This document shows positions 17,010 through 28,400 of a stretch of 64,000 nucleotides of DNA, one piece after another. Position numbers and translations under genes: made by a program. The stretch's first letter is position 1; every line of letters begins with the position of its first letter. The notes beneath the pieces are model-generated. The model was not told the DNA's origin. It searched no databases and saw only the letters and a list, made by a program, of their open reading frames with translations. Origin of the DNA: Dehalococcoidia bacterium (GTDB lineage: Bacteria; Chloroflexota; Dehalococcoidia; UBA2979); assembly GCA_963667465.2 (NCBI GenBank), contig CAXXDN010000002.1, forward strand, positions 1,760,001 to 1,824,000. The letters are read 5' to 3'.

Positions 17010-19286
17010 ATGAGACCACTACTCGAACTCGCGAAGCGCGCGGCGGCGGCCCTGCCAGGCGGGGCCGCCGCCGCGCAGGAGCCCGGAGCCGCCCGCGAGG
17101 CAGCCTCGCCAGCAACCGAGACCGAAGCCGCCGTCCCGAAGCTCCCGCCCGGGCTGCCGCTCGCCTTCATGCTCTCCCACCTCGAGGACGACGGCCCGGT
17201 GCGGCTCGACGGCGTGAAGCTCGGCGTCTGCGAGGTGCTTGGCCTCGAGTTGGACGAGCCGAAGCTGGGCGCCTTCGCCGGCGCCCTCAACGCCTGCGAC
17301 TTCCCGCTCCAACTGCTCGTGCGCCAGCACCCGCCGGGCCTCGGACAGTTGCGTGACGACCTGGCCGAGGCGGAGCCGCCCGGTCTGCCTCCGCAGACGG
17401 AGGCGGCGGCGCGGTCGCTCGGGCGCCTGCTCGGCGAGCTGGAGCGCCGCGACGGCATCCTCGACCGCCGCTTCTACGCCGTCTGCGAGCACGAGCGGAT
17501 CGGCGACCAGCGCGGCCTGCTCGCGCGCGCCGGGCTCTCCGTCCACCCGCTTGAGGGCCGCCAGTTGCGCATGCTGCTGCTCGCCTCGGCGCTCGGCGGC
17601 TCGCCCCGCGAGATCGACGAGGACGCGCCCACCGAGGTCGCCGTCAACCGCCGCGACATCCGCGTCGGCGCGCGCCTCGTGCGCTCGCTGCATCTCGGCA
17701 AGTGGCCGCGCTCCCTCTCGCCCGGCTTCCTCCAGAACCTGATGGCGACGGGCGCGCCCATGGATCTCTCGCTCCACCTCGGGCCGATCCCGGCCGCTCA
17801 GGCGGCGCGCACGCTGGAGTGGCAGAAGGTGCGCTTCGAGTCGGCGCAGAGCCTCTCCTTCAAGCGCGGCCGCTCGATGTCCTCGGAGGCGGAGATCGCC
17901 CTCGAGGATGTGATGCGGCTGCGCGACGAGGTGCAGCGCGGACGCGAGCGGCTCTTCCACGCCTCGCTCTCCGTCACCCTGCACGCCGACGACGAGGAGT
18001 CGCTCAAGGAGCTTACGCAGCGGGCGAAGGCGCACTTCGCCGCCTCCCTTGGCAAGCTCGACGCCCTTCCCTTCCGCCAGCGCGAGGGTCTGCTCTCGAC
18101 GCTGCCGCTCGCGCTCAACGCGGTCGCCGTCTGGCGCACGCTCGACACCTCGTCGCTGGCGCGGCTCTACCCCTTCTCCCCGCCCGACCTCGACACGCGC
18201 GGCGGCACGCTCTACGGCATCGACATGCGGGCCTCGTCGCCCGTCGTCTACGACCCCTGGGACGGTACCCACCTCAACGCCAACACGGCGGTGCTCGCGC
18301 GCTCGGGTAGCGGGAAGTCGTTCGCGACCAAGCTTGGCGTGCTGCGCGGCATCTGCCGCGGCGTCACCGCCTACGTCATCGACCCCGAGGGTGAGTACGC
18401 CGATATGGCCCGCGCCGCGGGCGGACGCGTGCTCTCGCCCGGCGTCGCCGGCGAAGGGATGAACCCGTTCGTCATCGACCGCGGCGATGCGGAGGAACTG
18501 CTACTGCGCATCGGCAGCCTGCGGCGACTGATCGAGGTGATGATCGGGGAGTCGCTCGGCGCCGAGCGCCGCGCAGCCCTCGACCACGCCCTCGCCGCCT
18601 ACTACGCGCAGCCTCGAGAGCGCACCGGCTTCGGCGACTTCTACGCGTTCCTCAAGGGTGACGAAGCCGACGGCGACCCCGACCTCGCTAGGGTGCTGCG
18701 GCCCTTCGCCACGGGCAGCCTGCGCCACCTGCTCACCGACGAGGGCGACGACCTGCTCACCAACGAAGCGCTCGTCACCGTCTTCGACCTGCGGCTGCTG
18801 GAGCCCGAACTGCGCCCCGCCGCCGCCATGGTCTGCACGGAGACGGTCTGGGCCGCCGCCGCACGCGACCCGAAGCCACGGCTGCTCGTCGTCGACGAGG
18901 TCTGGTCGATCATGCAGCACCCCGAGGGCGCGGCCTTCATGGTCTCGATGGCCAAGCGGGCGCGGAAGCACCGGCTGGGCCTGCAGTTCATCACCCAGGA
19001 CGTGCAGGACCTGCTGTCGGAGGACTCCTCGCGCGCCATCACCGGCCACTCGGGGCGCGCCCTGCTCCAGAACGCCGCCTTCAAGCTCCTGCTCCAGCAG
19101 GACGCCGCCGCCATCTCGACCGTCGGCGACGCCTTCGACCTGCCACAGGACCTGCAGCGCTGGCTGCTCTCCTGCCCGCGCGGCGACGGGCTGCTGCTCG
19201 CCCGCGGCAACCGCTTCCCGATCCGCATCGAGGCGACGCCCGAGGAGACCGAGGTGATCGAGTGGCGGCCGGGCTCGCACCGCTGA
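17010..19286 (+). CDS. VirB4-like conjugation ATPase
   Basis: NANTAVLARSGSGKS, VIDPEGEY, LLVVDEVW, KRARKH...ITQ. Confidence 0.92.
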   Translation: MRPLLELAKRAAAALPGGAAAAQEPGAAREAASPATETEAAVPKLPPGLPLAFMLSHLEDDGPVRLDGVKLGVCEVLGLELDEPKLGAFAGALNACDFPLQLLVRQHPPGLGQLRDDLAEAEPPGLPPQTEAAARSLGRLLGELERRDGILDRRFYAVCEHERIGDQRGLLARAGLSVHPLEGRQLRMLLLASALGGSPREIDEDAPTEVAVNRRDIRVGARLVRSLHLGKWPRSLSPGFLQNLMATGAPMDLSLHLGPIPAAQAARTLEWQKVRFESAQSLSFKRGRSMSSEAEIALEDVMRLRDEVQRGRERLFHASLSVTLHADDEESLKELTQRAKAHFAASLGKLDALPFRQREGLLSTLPLALNAVAVWRTLDTSSLARLYPFSPPDLDTRGGTLYGIDMRASSPVVYDPWDGTHLNANTAVLARSGSGKSFATKLGVLRGICRGVTAYVIDPEGEYADMARAAGGRVLSPGVAGEGMNPFVIDRGDAEELLLRIGSLRRLIEVMIGESLGAERRAALDHALAAYYAQPRERTGFGDFYAFLKGDEADGDPDLARVLRPFATGSLRHLLTDEGDDLLTNEALVTVFDLRLLEPELRPAAAMVCTETVWAAAARDPKPRLLVVDEVWSIMQHPEGAAFMVSMAKRARKHRLGLQFITQDVQDLLSEDSSRAITGHSGRALLQNAAFKLLLQQDAAAISTVGDAFDLPQDLQRWLLSCPRGDGLLLARGNRFPIRIEATPEETEVIEWRPGSHR

Positions 19287-19310
19287 AGCCAACCAGAACA
19301 GCCACAACGG

Positions 19311-21905
19311 ATGGACACGATGAGATTCAATCCTCTGCGCCCGCTCTTCGGCGCGCCTGATCCGAGGCCACCGGTGCTGCTCGCGGTGACGCCGCCGCGC
19401 ACGGGTGAGCGCACCCTGCTTGGCATCGAGAACCTGCTCCAGTCGATCGCAGTGCCCGAGCCGTTCTCGCTCGAACTCGCCGGCGACACCGACGGCGTCA
19501 CGCTCATGGCGCGCTGCATCGACAAGGAGGTGGTGCGCGGCCAGATCGCCGCCCACTACCCGCAGGCGCGCATCCACGAGGTGCCGGCCGACGAGGACCC
19601 GCTGCGCCTCGGCGAGGACGAGCAGGCGTGGTCGATGACCTTGCGCGCGAGCGGCCCCGAGTACGTGCCGCTGCGCGTCTTCCGCGACGACGACCTGCTC
19701 GACCCCGGCTCCGACCCGCTGCTCGCGTTGATCGGCGCGCTCTCGGCGTTGCGCCCGGGCGAGCGCGTCGTGGCGAGGCTGCTGCTGCGCTCGCTCGGAC
19801 CGGACTGGTCGCAGGACCACCAGGAGAAGGCGCACCGCCGCCCACTCGATGAGCGGCGCGACCCCGCCTACAGCTACCAGACGCGGCCGCTGCAGACCGA
19901 CGGCGTGACGATGGCCGTCCTCGGCTCGATCGCCCTCGCCGCCTTCCGCGGCTATCTCTGGGTGCAGGCCGGTGAGCCGTGGAAGGCGATCGCGCTCGGC
20001 GCGGGCGTTGTCATCGGGCTCGCGGTGGCGGGCTGGGCGTGGCACCGCTGGAAGCGCTCGCGAGCGCGCGTCCACGATCCGCTGCTGATCCGCGAGAAGG
20101 TCTCGCGCATCGCCTTCGACGCCGAGTTGCAGGTGGTCGCCATCCTCCCGGGTGGAGAGGGCGGACAGGGGCAGCGCCGAGCCGCCGAGCTGCTCGGCCA
20201 GGTCGCTGCCGCCTACCGTCACTACGACCACCCCGCGGGCGCTCGCTTCGAGGTCGGCAAGGTGCGGGCGGGGCTGCCCACGCCCGAGGCGCTGCATCCC
20301 TCAGGGCCCGGCCTGTTCGGCAGCCGCAGCGTCCTCGGCGTTCGCGAGGTTGCCTCGCTGTGGCACCCGCCGGGCGCCGGCGACGAGACGCCGCTCGTCG
20401 AGCGCTCCGGTGCGAGGGTCCTGCTGCCCTCCGCCCGAGGCGTCCGTGGCGGCGCCCTCGTCGGCGAGACCACGGCGGGCAAGCCTCGCCCGATCCACTT
20501 CCCCGCCGACCTGCTGCACCGACACCACCTCTACGTGGCGCGCACCCGCATGGGGAAGTCGACGCTCATGCACCACCTCGTCACCCACAAGCTGGCGGAG
20601 AAGGCGGCCGGCCGCGACGGCGACGCGATCGTCGTCGTCGACCCGCACGCCGACCTCGTGGGCGGGATCCTTGAGCAGGTGCCGGAGTCGCTGGCCGACC
20701 GCGTGCGGCTGGTGGACCTCGGGGACGAGCGCGGCGCGCCCGGCATCAACCTGCTCGACACGCGCATCTTCGCCGACCGCGACCGCACGGCCGACTCGGT
20801 CGTGCGCGTGGCGAAGGGCCTTTGGGAGCAGTGGGGACCGAGGATGCAGTCGATCCTCGAGCAGACCGTGAAGACGCTGCACGAGGCCAACGCCCACCCC
20901 GACACGGCGGCCGAGGAGCAGCACACGATCCTCGATGGGCTGCGGCTGCTCTCGGACGACGGGTTCCGCTCCCTCGTGCTGGAGCGGGTGAGCGACCCAT
21001 TCCTGCTCGACTGGTGGGCGCGCGACTTCGGCGGCTGGCGCCGCGAGTACCGTGCCGAGGCGCTCGCGCCCGTGCAGACGCGCCTCTCCTACTACGCCTC
21101 CTCGAAGCGGGCGCGCGCCATCCTCGGCCAGCCCCGCTCCACCATCGACCTGCGGCGCACGATCCTCGACGGCGGCGTGCTGCTCGTCTCCACTGCCCAG
21201 GGCACGGCCGGGCGCGACGTCGCGGCCCTGGTAGGCGCGTCGCTGCTCAACCTCGTCGACTCGGTGATCCGTGAGCAAGGAGGCCTGCCGCCCGAACGGC
21301 GGCGCGGGGCGCTCGTCGTGGTCGACGAGATGCAGTCGATGCCGGGCGTCGACTACGAGTCGATGCTGTCGGAGCTGGGGAAGTTCGGGGCCTCGTTCGT
21401 GCTCGCCACGCAGAGCCTCGCCAAGCTCGCCGACCTCTCGCTCACGATGCGCGACACCGTGCTCGCCAATGTCGGCTGCCTCGCCATCTTCCAGGTCGCC
21501 GGCAACGACGCCCGGCAGCTCGTCTGGGAGTTGGGCAAGGACCGCATCTCCGAGGAGGACATCGTCTCGCTGCCCGTGCACCACTGCTACGTGCGGGCCA
21601 CCGTCGGCTCGGAGCGGATGCCGACGTTCTCGATGATGGTGCGCAAGCCCGAGCCGGGGAGTGCTGAGACCGCCGCCCGCATCCGCGCCGCTGCGTCCTC
21701 CTACGTGTTGACCTCCGAGGAGATCGAGGCGCGACAGGCGGAGGGCCGCAGGCGCGTCGAGGAGTTCCGCGCCGGTGCCGAGGCCCTGCGCCAGGCAGAC
21801 GCCGAGCCGAAGAAGACGCGCGCATCGCGCGGATCGGCCTGCGCGAAGCAGCGCAGCAAGCACCTCCAACGGCCGAACCGAGGCAAGGGGCAGCCTGAAC
21901 AGTGA
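19311..21905 (+). CDS. Type IV coupling protein (VirD4/TraD/TrwB-like)
   Basis: 2 TM helices, ARTRMGKS Walker A, VVVDPHAD, VVVDEMQ Walker B, KFGASFVLATQ. Confidence 0.9.
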   Translation: MDTMRFNPLRPLFGAPDPRPPVLLAVTPPRTGERTLLGIENLLQSIAVPEPFSLELAGDTDGVTLMARCIDKEVVRGQIAAHYPQARIHEVPADEDPLRLGEDEQAWSMTLRASGPEYVPLRVFRDDDLLDPGSDPLLALIGALSALRPGERVVARLLLRSLGPDWSQDHQEKAHRRPLDERRDPAYSYQTRPLQTDGVTMAVLGSIALAAFRGYLWVQAGEPWKAIALGAGVVIGLAVAGWAWHRWKRSRARVHDPLLIREKVSRIAFDAELQVVAILPGGEGGQGQRRAAELLGQVAAAYRHYDHPAGARFEVGKVRAGLPTPEALHPSGPGLFGSRSVLGVREVASLWHPPGAGDETPLVERSGARVLLPSARGVRGGALVGETTAGKPRPIHFPADLLHRHHLYVARTRMGKSTLMHHLVTHKLAEKAAGRDGDAIVVVDPHADLVGGILEQVPESLADRVRLVDLGDERGAPGINLLDTRIFADRDRTADSVVRVAKGLWEQWGPRMQSILEQTVKTLHEANAHPDTAAEEQHTILDGLRLLSDDGFRSLVLERVSDPFLLDWWARDFGGWRREYRAEALAPVQTRLSYYASSKRARAILGQPRSTIDLRRTILDGGVLLVSTAQGTAGRDVAALVGASLLNLVDSVIREQGGLPPERRRGALVVVDEMQSMPGVDYESMLSELGKFGASFVLATQSLAKLADLSLTMRDTVLANVGCLAIFQVAGNDARQLVWELGKDRISEEDIVSLPVHHCYVRATVGSERMPTFSMMVRKPEPGSAETAARIRAAASSYVLTSEEIEARQAEGRRRVEEFRAGAEALRQADAEPKKTRASRGSACAKQRSKHLQRPNRGKGQPEQ

Positions 21906-23533
21906 GGCCGGAGCGCGACCTGCTGCGGCTGCTCGCCGCAATGCCCTTCCTCGACCGGCTGGAGATGGTCGCTGTCTCCGGCTGGTCGAGGGGTGCGGTC
22001 TACGCGAGCATCGAGGCGATCGAGAAGGCAGGGCTGGCTATCTCCGTGCCACACGCCTCGGAGCTCATCCCCTCGACGCGCCGCTACTGCCTCACGGCTG
22101 CCGGTCTCCGCCGCCTCGCCCGCGAGGAGGACGTGATCTTTGACGATCTGCTCCGGCTGCATCCCGTCTCGGAGCAGTGGCGGCGCATCCTCCTCCAGCG
22201 GCTCGACGCGCTCGCCGTCGTGTACCGCCTCGCCGCGGCGGTCTCGGACATCGCCTACCCGATCCGCTTCCGCTGGTACCGAGCCATGCCCATGGATGCC
22301 GCCATCGCACTCCAAGACGGACGCACCGTGGCCGTCGTCCGGCAGGGCCACACGGCCGACCGCACGGCCTTTGCCAAGCGCCTCTGGAGGCTGCGCGAGG
22401 GACCGCGGCTCGGTGCGTTTCTGCTCCTCATGCCCGACGAGGTGCGCCTGCGCCACACCGCCCGCTTGATGGCTGCCGCGCCCTCGAGCACCTTCCTCGC
22501 TCAGGAGCGCGATGTCGTCTCCGCTGGAGCGGGCTCACGCGTCTGGCGCACGCCGTCGGGCTCGCCTCCCCTCGCGCTCGACGAGGTCCTGTCGCACGCC
22601 GCTTGGGGAGGCGCGTGGCCCGAGGAGCGCCCGCTCAAGCGAGCCTCGCTGCCGCCGTTGCTCCCCCACCCGGGCGGGCGCGACACTCCCGACTGGCTCC
22701 TCCCCAGCGCGATCGGACCCGCCTCGAAACGCACTCTCGACCTGGTCGGCGACTGGCCCTGGATCACGCCGCATGACCTCGGAGGACTGCTCGGCGTCTC
22801 CGACCGACGAGTCTCGCAACTCGTGCTTCCACTCGCGGACGCCGGGCTCGTGACTCGCGGCGGCGGCGGCCGCCTTGCCCTCAGCGACCGCGCGCTCGCC
22901 CTGCTCGCCCGCCGCGACCGCGCTGCCGTGGGTCTGGCACGCAGACGCTGGAGCGCCGAGCCTTCGGACCCGAACGGCCCGCTCGCCTGGCGGAACATCT
23001 CCGGCAGGCGCATCCGCCAGCTGCTGCGCCACCTGGAACACACAGCGGCCGTCCACGGCTTCGTCGCTGCGCTGGCAACGCAGGCCCGCGAGCGGGGCTG
23101 GGAGGTCGTCCGGCTCGACCCGCCGCACCGGGCATCCCGCTACTTTCGCCACGACGACAGGCTCCACTCCGTCCACCCCGACGCCTTCGGCATCCTGCGT
23201 CGCGGGGACGAGACCTGGCCGTTCTTCCTCGAGTGGGAGCGACGCGCCGTCCGCCCCGTCACGATGGCCGCCCGCCTCGCCCCCTACCTGCGCTACTACG
23301 CTTCGGCGCGGCCCACCGACGACCACGGTGCGCGTCCCGCAGTCCTCGTCGTCTTCGAGGACGAGCTAGCGGCCGCGCACTTTCTGCGCGTGTCACGGGG
23401 CGAAGGGAACCGCGCCGGGGTCGAGGTGCCGTTGTGGGTCTCCCACGAGCCGGTGTTGCGGAGCGAGGGACCCCTGGGGAGGGCTTGGCTCGGCTCAGGC
23501 GATAGCTCCCAGCCCTTCCCTTCGGCGGCGTGA
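21902..23533 (+). CDS. Replication-relaxation (Replic_Relax) family putative relaxase
   Basis: wHTH followed by HLEHTAAV...HPDAFG...FFLEWER; last gene of the operon, directly after the coupling protein. Confidence 0.8.
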   Translation: MRPERDLLRLLAAMPFLDRLEMVAVSGWSRGAVYASIEAIEKAGLAISVPHASELIPSTRRYCLTAAGLRRLAREEDVIFDDLLRLHPVSEQWRRILLQRLDALAVVYRLAAAVSDIAYPIRFRWYRAMPMDAAIALQDGRTVAVVRQGHTADRTAFAKRLWRLREGPRLGAFLLLMPDEVRLRHTARLMAAAPSSTFLAQERDVVSAGAGSRVWRTPSGSPPLALDEVLSHAAWGGAWPEERPLKRASLPPLLPHPGGRDTPDWLLPSAIGPASKRTLDLVGDWPWITPHDLGGLLGVSDRRVSQLVLPLADAGLVTRGGGGRLALSDRALALLARRDRAAVGLARRRWSAEPSDPNGPLAWRNISGRRIRQLLRHLEHTAAVHGFVAALATQARERGWEVVRLDPPHRASRYFRHDDRLHSVHPDAFGILRRGDETWPFFLEWERRAVRPVTMAARLAPYLRYYASARPTDDHGARPAVLVVFEDELAAAHFLRVSRGEGNRAGVEVPLWVSHEPVLRSEGPLGRAWLGSGDSSQPFPSAA

Positions 23534-23585
23534 CGGTCAGGGCTCAACGCGATAGATGGCGTCGACCCGCTGAAGCACCCCCGCC

Positions 23586-23753
23586 TCAGCCACCGCCCTT
23601 CCGGTTGCCGTCCGGTGGCGCCTGCCGCTCCGTCCCCGCCCGGTCCTCGTAAACGCTCGGGTGGGCGAAGGCGTGGCGCGCGATGATGCGGGCCAGAATC
23701 CGCAGACCCTCGAGGCGGATCCGCTCCTGTTCGTCAGTCAGTTCTTGATGCAA
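23586..23753 (-). CDS. Small protein, 55 aa (not in the ORF track)
   Basis: TTG start after GAGGAG: MHQELTDEQERIRLEGLRILARIIARHAFAHPSVYEDRAGTERQAPPDGNRKGGG. Confidence 0.65.
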   Translation of the reverse strand: MHQELTDEQERIRLEGLRILARIIARHAFAHPSVYEDRAGTERQAPPDGNRKGGG

Positions 23754-23828
23754 GGTCCATCTCCTCTGCTACGTGTTTCCGGTCTCGTCTTCGAGGGTCG
23801 CGCCTTCGGGAGCGTGTAGGAGTGACGC

Positions 23829-24236
23829 TTATTGGCGGACCAGCTCGTCGGGTACCCCGAAGTGCTCCGCCACCTCACAGGAGTGGACCAGCCCCTCCGC
23901 CAGTGCCTCCCGTTCGTCGATGAGCAGCGCGCGAGCGAAGTCCTCCGCCTCCCGCTCGAAGCGCCGGGGCAGGTCCGTGTGGACGCGCAGCTCGAGGTGA
24001 TTGCCGGGGTGCAGGAGCCGGTGTCCGATAGCGTGTGCGATCACCCAGCGCCTCCACTCCGGGCCGAGCCGTCTGGCCACTGCGACGTGGCCGTCCAGTT
24101 GCACCTCCGTCTGGACCGCGAAGTCCCAGGGCCACACCTCGAGGCCGAGGCTGTTCGCGACCGCCTCGGCGTCGACGCGGCCACGCAGTCCTAGCTCCTC
24201 CCGCAGCGCCGTGCCCCGCTGTTGTGCCCGGTTCAT
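23829..24236 (-). CDS. ImmA/IrrE-family protein, copy 1 (HAIGH in place of HExxH)
   Basis: RRWVIAHAIGH...FEREAEDFARALLI...VAEHFGVP. Confidence 0.85.
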   Translation of the reverse strand: MNRAQQRGTALREELGLRGRVDAEAVANSLGLEVWPWDFAVQTEVQLDGHVAVARRLGPEWRRWVIAHAIGHRLLHPGNHLELRVHTDLPRRFEREAEDFARALLIDEREALAEGLVHSCEVAEHFGVPDELVRQ

Positions 24237-24294
24237 CGGGTACACGGTCTGTGCGCCCGCGCACTCGCCGGCCCCGCGCAATCCAATGGGTGGC

Positions 24295-25400
24295 CTAGTT
24301 CCCGGCGTCAGCGTCGGTGCCTGCGCTGGCCACAGACGGCCCGGCGCTCCTGGCGACCAGCGGCGCAATGGGGCTCAGACCATCGGCGTACAGCTCCCGG
24401 AATCGCTGGTTCACGAACTCCGGGGCGCCGAGGATGTAAGAGACGAACTCGCCCTCGCTCAGGGCGTACAGGGCGGTAACGCCGAGGCTCCCCGCGCAGG
24501 CCTCGAGGTCATCGACGCTGCCACCCTCGTAGAGGACAAGACTGAAGCCCTCGACGATCTCGCCGCGCACGCACTGCGGCCATGAGGAAACGAGGACCTC
24601 GTCGCCGGCGTCTCCGTCGAGGAACGGATCCGCAGTCGGCGGCCCCTCGCTCTTCACGGTCAGCGCGGTCAGCGACGGAAGCCCGTCAGGGAACAGCTCG
24701 CGGAAGCTCGCGTTCACGAACTCCGGCGCACCGAGGACGTACGAGACGTAGGCGCCCTCGTGCAGCGCGCAGAGCGCCGTGATGTGCCGGCTCTCCGCGC
24801 ATCCCACGAGGTCCTCGATGCTGCCGCCGCCGTAGACGACGTGACTGAAGCCGGCGGCGACCGCGCCGCGGAAGCAGTCGAATGTGAGCTCGCTCGCGGC
24901 CGCCTGCTCCGGCTCACCGAGCCGCACGCGGTAGATCCGCTCGCGGCTGCGGTCCGCCGAGGTCACCGTGACGGTGATCGCCTCGACACGCTCCAGTGCC
25001 ACCTGGAGGCCGTCCGCCTCCTCGTCGGAGTCGGGTAGGTCGATGTCGACATCCGTGCGCCGCTGCATCGCCTCCGCTGACACGACCGTCTCCGTAACAC
25101 CATCGGCGATGATGCCCTCATCGTCGGTCCGGCTCGGGTCGAACTCCCCGATATCGATACCGCTCAAGGTGAGCGAGGCCAGGCGGGCGTCGATCGCGTC
25201 GGGCATGTTGTAGGTGTAGGCTCTCTCGTCGCTCTCGTCGCTCTCGTCGCTCTCGTCGCTCTCGTCGCTCTCGTCGCTCTCGTCGCTCTCGTCGCTCTCG
25301 TCGCTCTTCGTCGCTCTCGTCGCTCTCGTCGCTCTCGTCGGCGACGTACATCACCTCGCCGTCGGAGCAGATGCCGCGGGGCTGTTTGTTGCTAGCATCG
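24295..25400 (-). pseudogene. C-terminal fragment of a large surface protein (cadherin-like beta sandwich plus two homologous C-terminal domains), interrupted by a VNTR frameshift
   Basis: PRGICSDGEVMYVAD(ESD)n joins ERAYTYNMPDAIDARLASLTLSG when one base is removed. Two repeats C.RG....GFS.V.Y.GGS..DL..CA...SY.LGAPEFVN..FREL..DGL. No signal peptide; 5' boundary approximate. Confidence 0.7.
25223..25340. repeat. Tandem repeat of CTCTCGTCG x13, one unit with an extra T
   Basis: Counted directly; the 10-nt unit CTCTTCGTCG lies at 25304..25313. Confidence 0.97.
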
Positions 25401-25487
25401 CGGCTATTCGCTTTGCGCTGTCGAGAGAGCACTGCCGGACAGCGGATGGCAGAGTCGCCATCCGCTGTCCGGCTTAGCCGGTCGACG

Positions 25488-28400
25488 TTAGTTGGGACCG
25501 AAGACAGTGAAGTCCAGGGACTCGGACAGTTTCCTGCCATCCCTCGTGCAGATGGCACCCTGGGCCGCACAGTCCGTCGTGACCGGCAATTCGACGGTTA
25601 CTGTACCGTTGGAGTCAGGCACGACAGTGATTTCCCAGCGGATGCTAGCCGGACGTTCCAGGCGCCGAGCCTTCGTCACCGCACCGTTGGTTACGGTGAA
25701 GGCGGAGTCACGCAGGGTCCGGTAGCTCACGCCAAAGTCTTCGCTGAACTTCAACTCGAAGACGAAGGCATTCTGTCCACCATGGGACGAAGGCATATTC
25801 GCGAAGATCGCCGTAAGGCGGGGCTTCGCCACAGCAGCAGTAGGCGTGCTGGTTAGCTCCTCGTCGTAACCTGCGTCGTCGGTGAAGCTCACCTTCACCT
25901 TGAGGTTCTTACCCTGGTCGGCGCCGACGAGGGTGTAGCTGTTGCTCGTGGCCCCTGAGATGTTCGAGTCATCCGTGCCGTCGTTCCGTATCCACTGGTA
26001 GGTGTACGAGACGTTGGTCAGTCCGTCGGCGTCGGATATACCTGACGTGTCCACCGTCAGCGTCCCGGCCACCTGAGCCGTGCCGCTGATGGCAACGGTC
26101 CCAGTGGCCGGCGAATTGGGCCGAGCCGCCACAGATGAGGTCGCTGCGCTGGTCAGTTCCTCGTCGTTGTCGGCATCGTCGGTGAAGCTCACCCTCACCT
26201 TGACGGTCTTGCCCCGGTCGGCGTCGACGAGGGTGTAGCTGCTGCTCGCGGCCCCTGAGATGTCCGAGTCGTCGGTGCTGCCGTTCCGTATCCACTGGTA
26301 CTCGTAGGACACGTTGGTCAGGCCGTCGGCGTCGGAGATCCCGGAAGTGTCCGCGGTCAGGGTCTGACCGACCTGGGCAGTTCCGGTGATCGTCGGAGTT
26401 CCCGTCGCCGCACTGTTCGCTTGTTGTCGCTGTACGGCGAGGGAAACTGCTTCGGTCGCCTCACTGGTCAGGGTCTCGCTGTGTCCCGCGTCGTCGGTGA
26501 AACTCACCTTCACCTTGATGCTATCGCCCTCGTCGGCAGCCAGAATGGTGTAGGTAGACCCCGTGGCGTTCTGGATGCCTGTGTCGGAAGCTCCATCATT
26601 CGCAATCCACTGGTAGGCGTAGGACACGTTGGTCAGGCCGTCGGCGTCGGAGATCCCGGAGATGTTGGCCGTCAACGTCTGCCCCACCTTGGCGGTCCCG
26701 CTGATCGTCACCGCTCCCGTGGGCGCACGGTTGGCCGCCGCCACCGTGAAGAAGACGGTCAGCGTTCCAAGCTGGTCGCCGCCCAGCCTTCTCTCCGAGT
26801 AGGCCGTGGCCGTCAGGGTGTAGCTGCCCACCGGCAGGGACTGGCCGTTGAGCGCGCCCTCTCCTCCATCCCCGTACAGGGAGTAGGGGGTGGTGCCCTC
26901 GGTCTGGTCGACCGACTTCCCTCCGGACAGTTGCAGCCGGACGCTGCCGATTGCAGCTCCCGACTCTATATCGACCCGGATGCCGTAGCTGCCGTTGGCC
27001 GGGTCGTCCAGGGTCAGGGTCCCGCCGTCACTGAGAGTGCCCAGTACCGTCTGGGGCCGGCCGGATGTATCAACTACGGTGAAACCGGTCAGGGGGTTGG
27101 TTGCTGCGGCAGCAACCGCCGCCGTCGCCACACTGGTCAGCTCCTCGTCGTTGCCAGCATCGTCGGTGAAGTTCACCTTCACCTTGATGGTTTTGCCCTC
27201 GTCAGCATCGACAAGGGTGTAGGTCGATGCTGACGCGCCGGAAATGTCCGTGTCCGTCGATCCATCGTTGCGGATCCACTGGTACTCGTAAGACACGTTG
27301 GTCAGACCGTCGTCGTCGGAGATACCGGACGTGTCCGCCGTCAGTGTCTGGCCGACCTGGGCGGTGCCGCCGATCGTCGGACTCCCGGTCGCACCCGTAG
27401 ATGCGGAACTCTCACGAATGCGGTACAGAGCAAGGGAAACCCTGTCCCCATAGTCCCAGTACAAGTTCTGATCCTCCCACCAGAGCAGTCTGGTGGAGCT
27501 GTACGACGAATGAGTAGCATCGCTTGAGTGAAGCTTGACGCCATCAACTTCTAGCCTGAATGTGAACGGCATCTCCTTGTCGAGGCCGATGTAGAACCAG
27601 CCAGAGGCCTCGATCAACTTGACCGTGTAAGTGGTGCCATCGGCGACAAAGCTGTCAGCGGTGAGCGAACCACTTTGATATCCGTCGAGATTGACGTACC
27701 CGAAGTCCTGGTACACATCTGCCGTCGCCATCGTCGCAGCCCAGACCGGAGTCCAAGCGACCATTGCGGTCGCGGCGCTGGTCAGCTGCTCGTCGTTGTC
27801 AGCATCGTCGGTGTAGCTCACCAGCACGCTGATGACCGAACCGATGTCCGACTCTTTGAGTGTGTAGGTCGAAGCAGTCGCGCCGCTGATCTCAGACGTG
27901 GTGGTGCCGTCGCTACTGATCCACTGGTAGCTGAAGATTGCGTCAACCATGCCGTCCGGGTCAGAAATCGTAGAAGTGTCGACTCTCAGGGTCTCACCGA
28001 CCTCCGCCGTCCCGGAGATCAGAGCGTACTTCACGACCTCAGTGGAACTGCTGGTCAGGGTCTCTTCGTAGCCGGCATCGTCGGTGAAGGTCACTCGCAA
28101 CTTGATGTGGTTGCCCTCATCGGCTGCCTGCAGCGAGTACGTATCGTTGCTTTCGCCGGCGATGTCTGTGTCGTCGGTACCGTCACTTCTGATCCACTGG
28201 TACATAAACGTCGCGTTGTCGATACCATCGGCGTCGACAACCTTTGACACCTCGGCGCTCAGTGTCTGAGCCACGTGAGCGGAGCCCACGATATTCGGCG
28301 CCCCACTTGCTGGCCTGTTAGGCCTACGAGCGACCGCGCTCGTCTCGACGCTGGTCAGTTCTTCGTCGTGGTTCGCATCGTCGGTAAAGCTTACCTTTAC

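Noticed and set aside
25223-25340. Possible CRISPR array
   Set aside because: Contiguous 9-bp units with no spacers; no cas genes.
25118-25570. ORF with an (ERR)n tract as a real protein
   Set aside because: The ERR tract is the shifted reading of the VNTR after the extra base.
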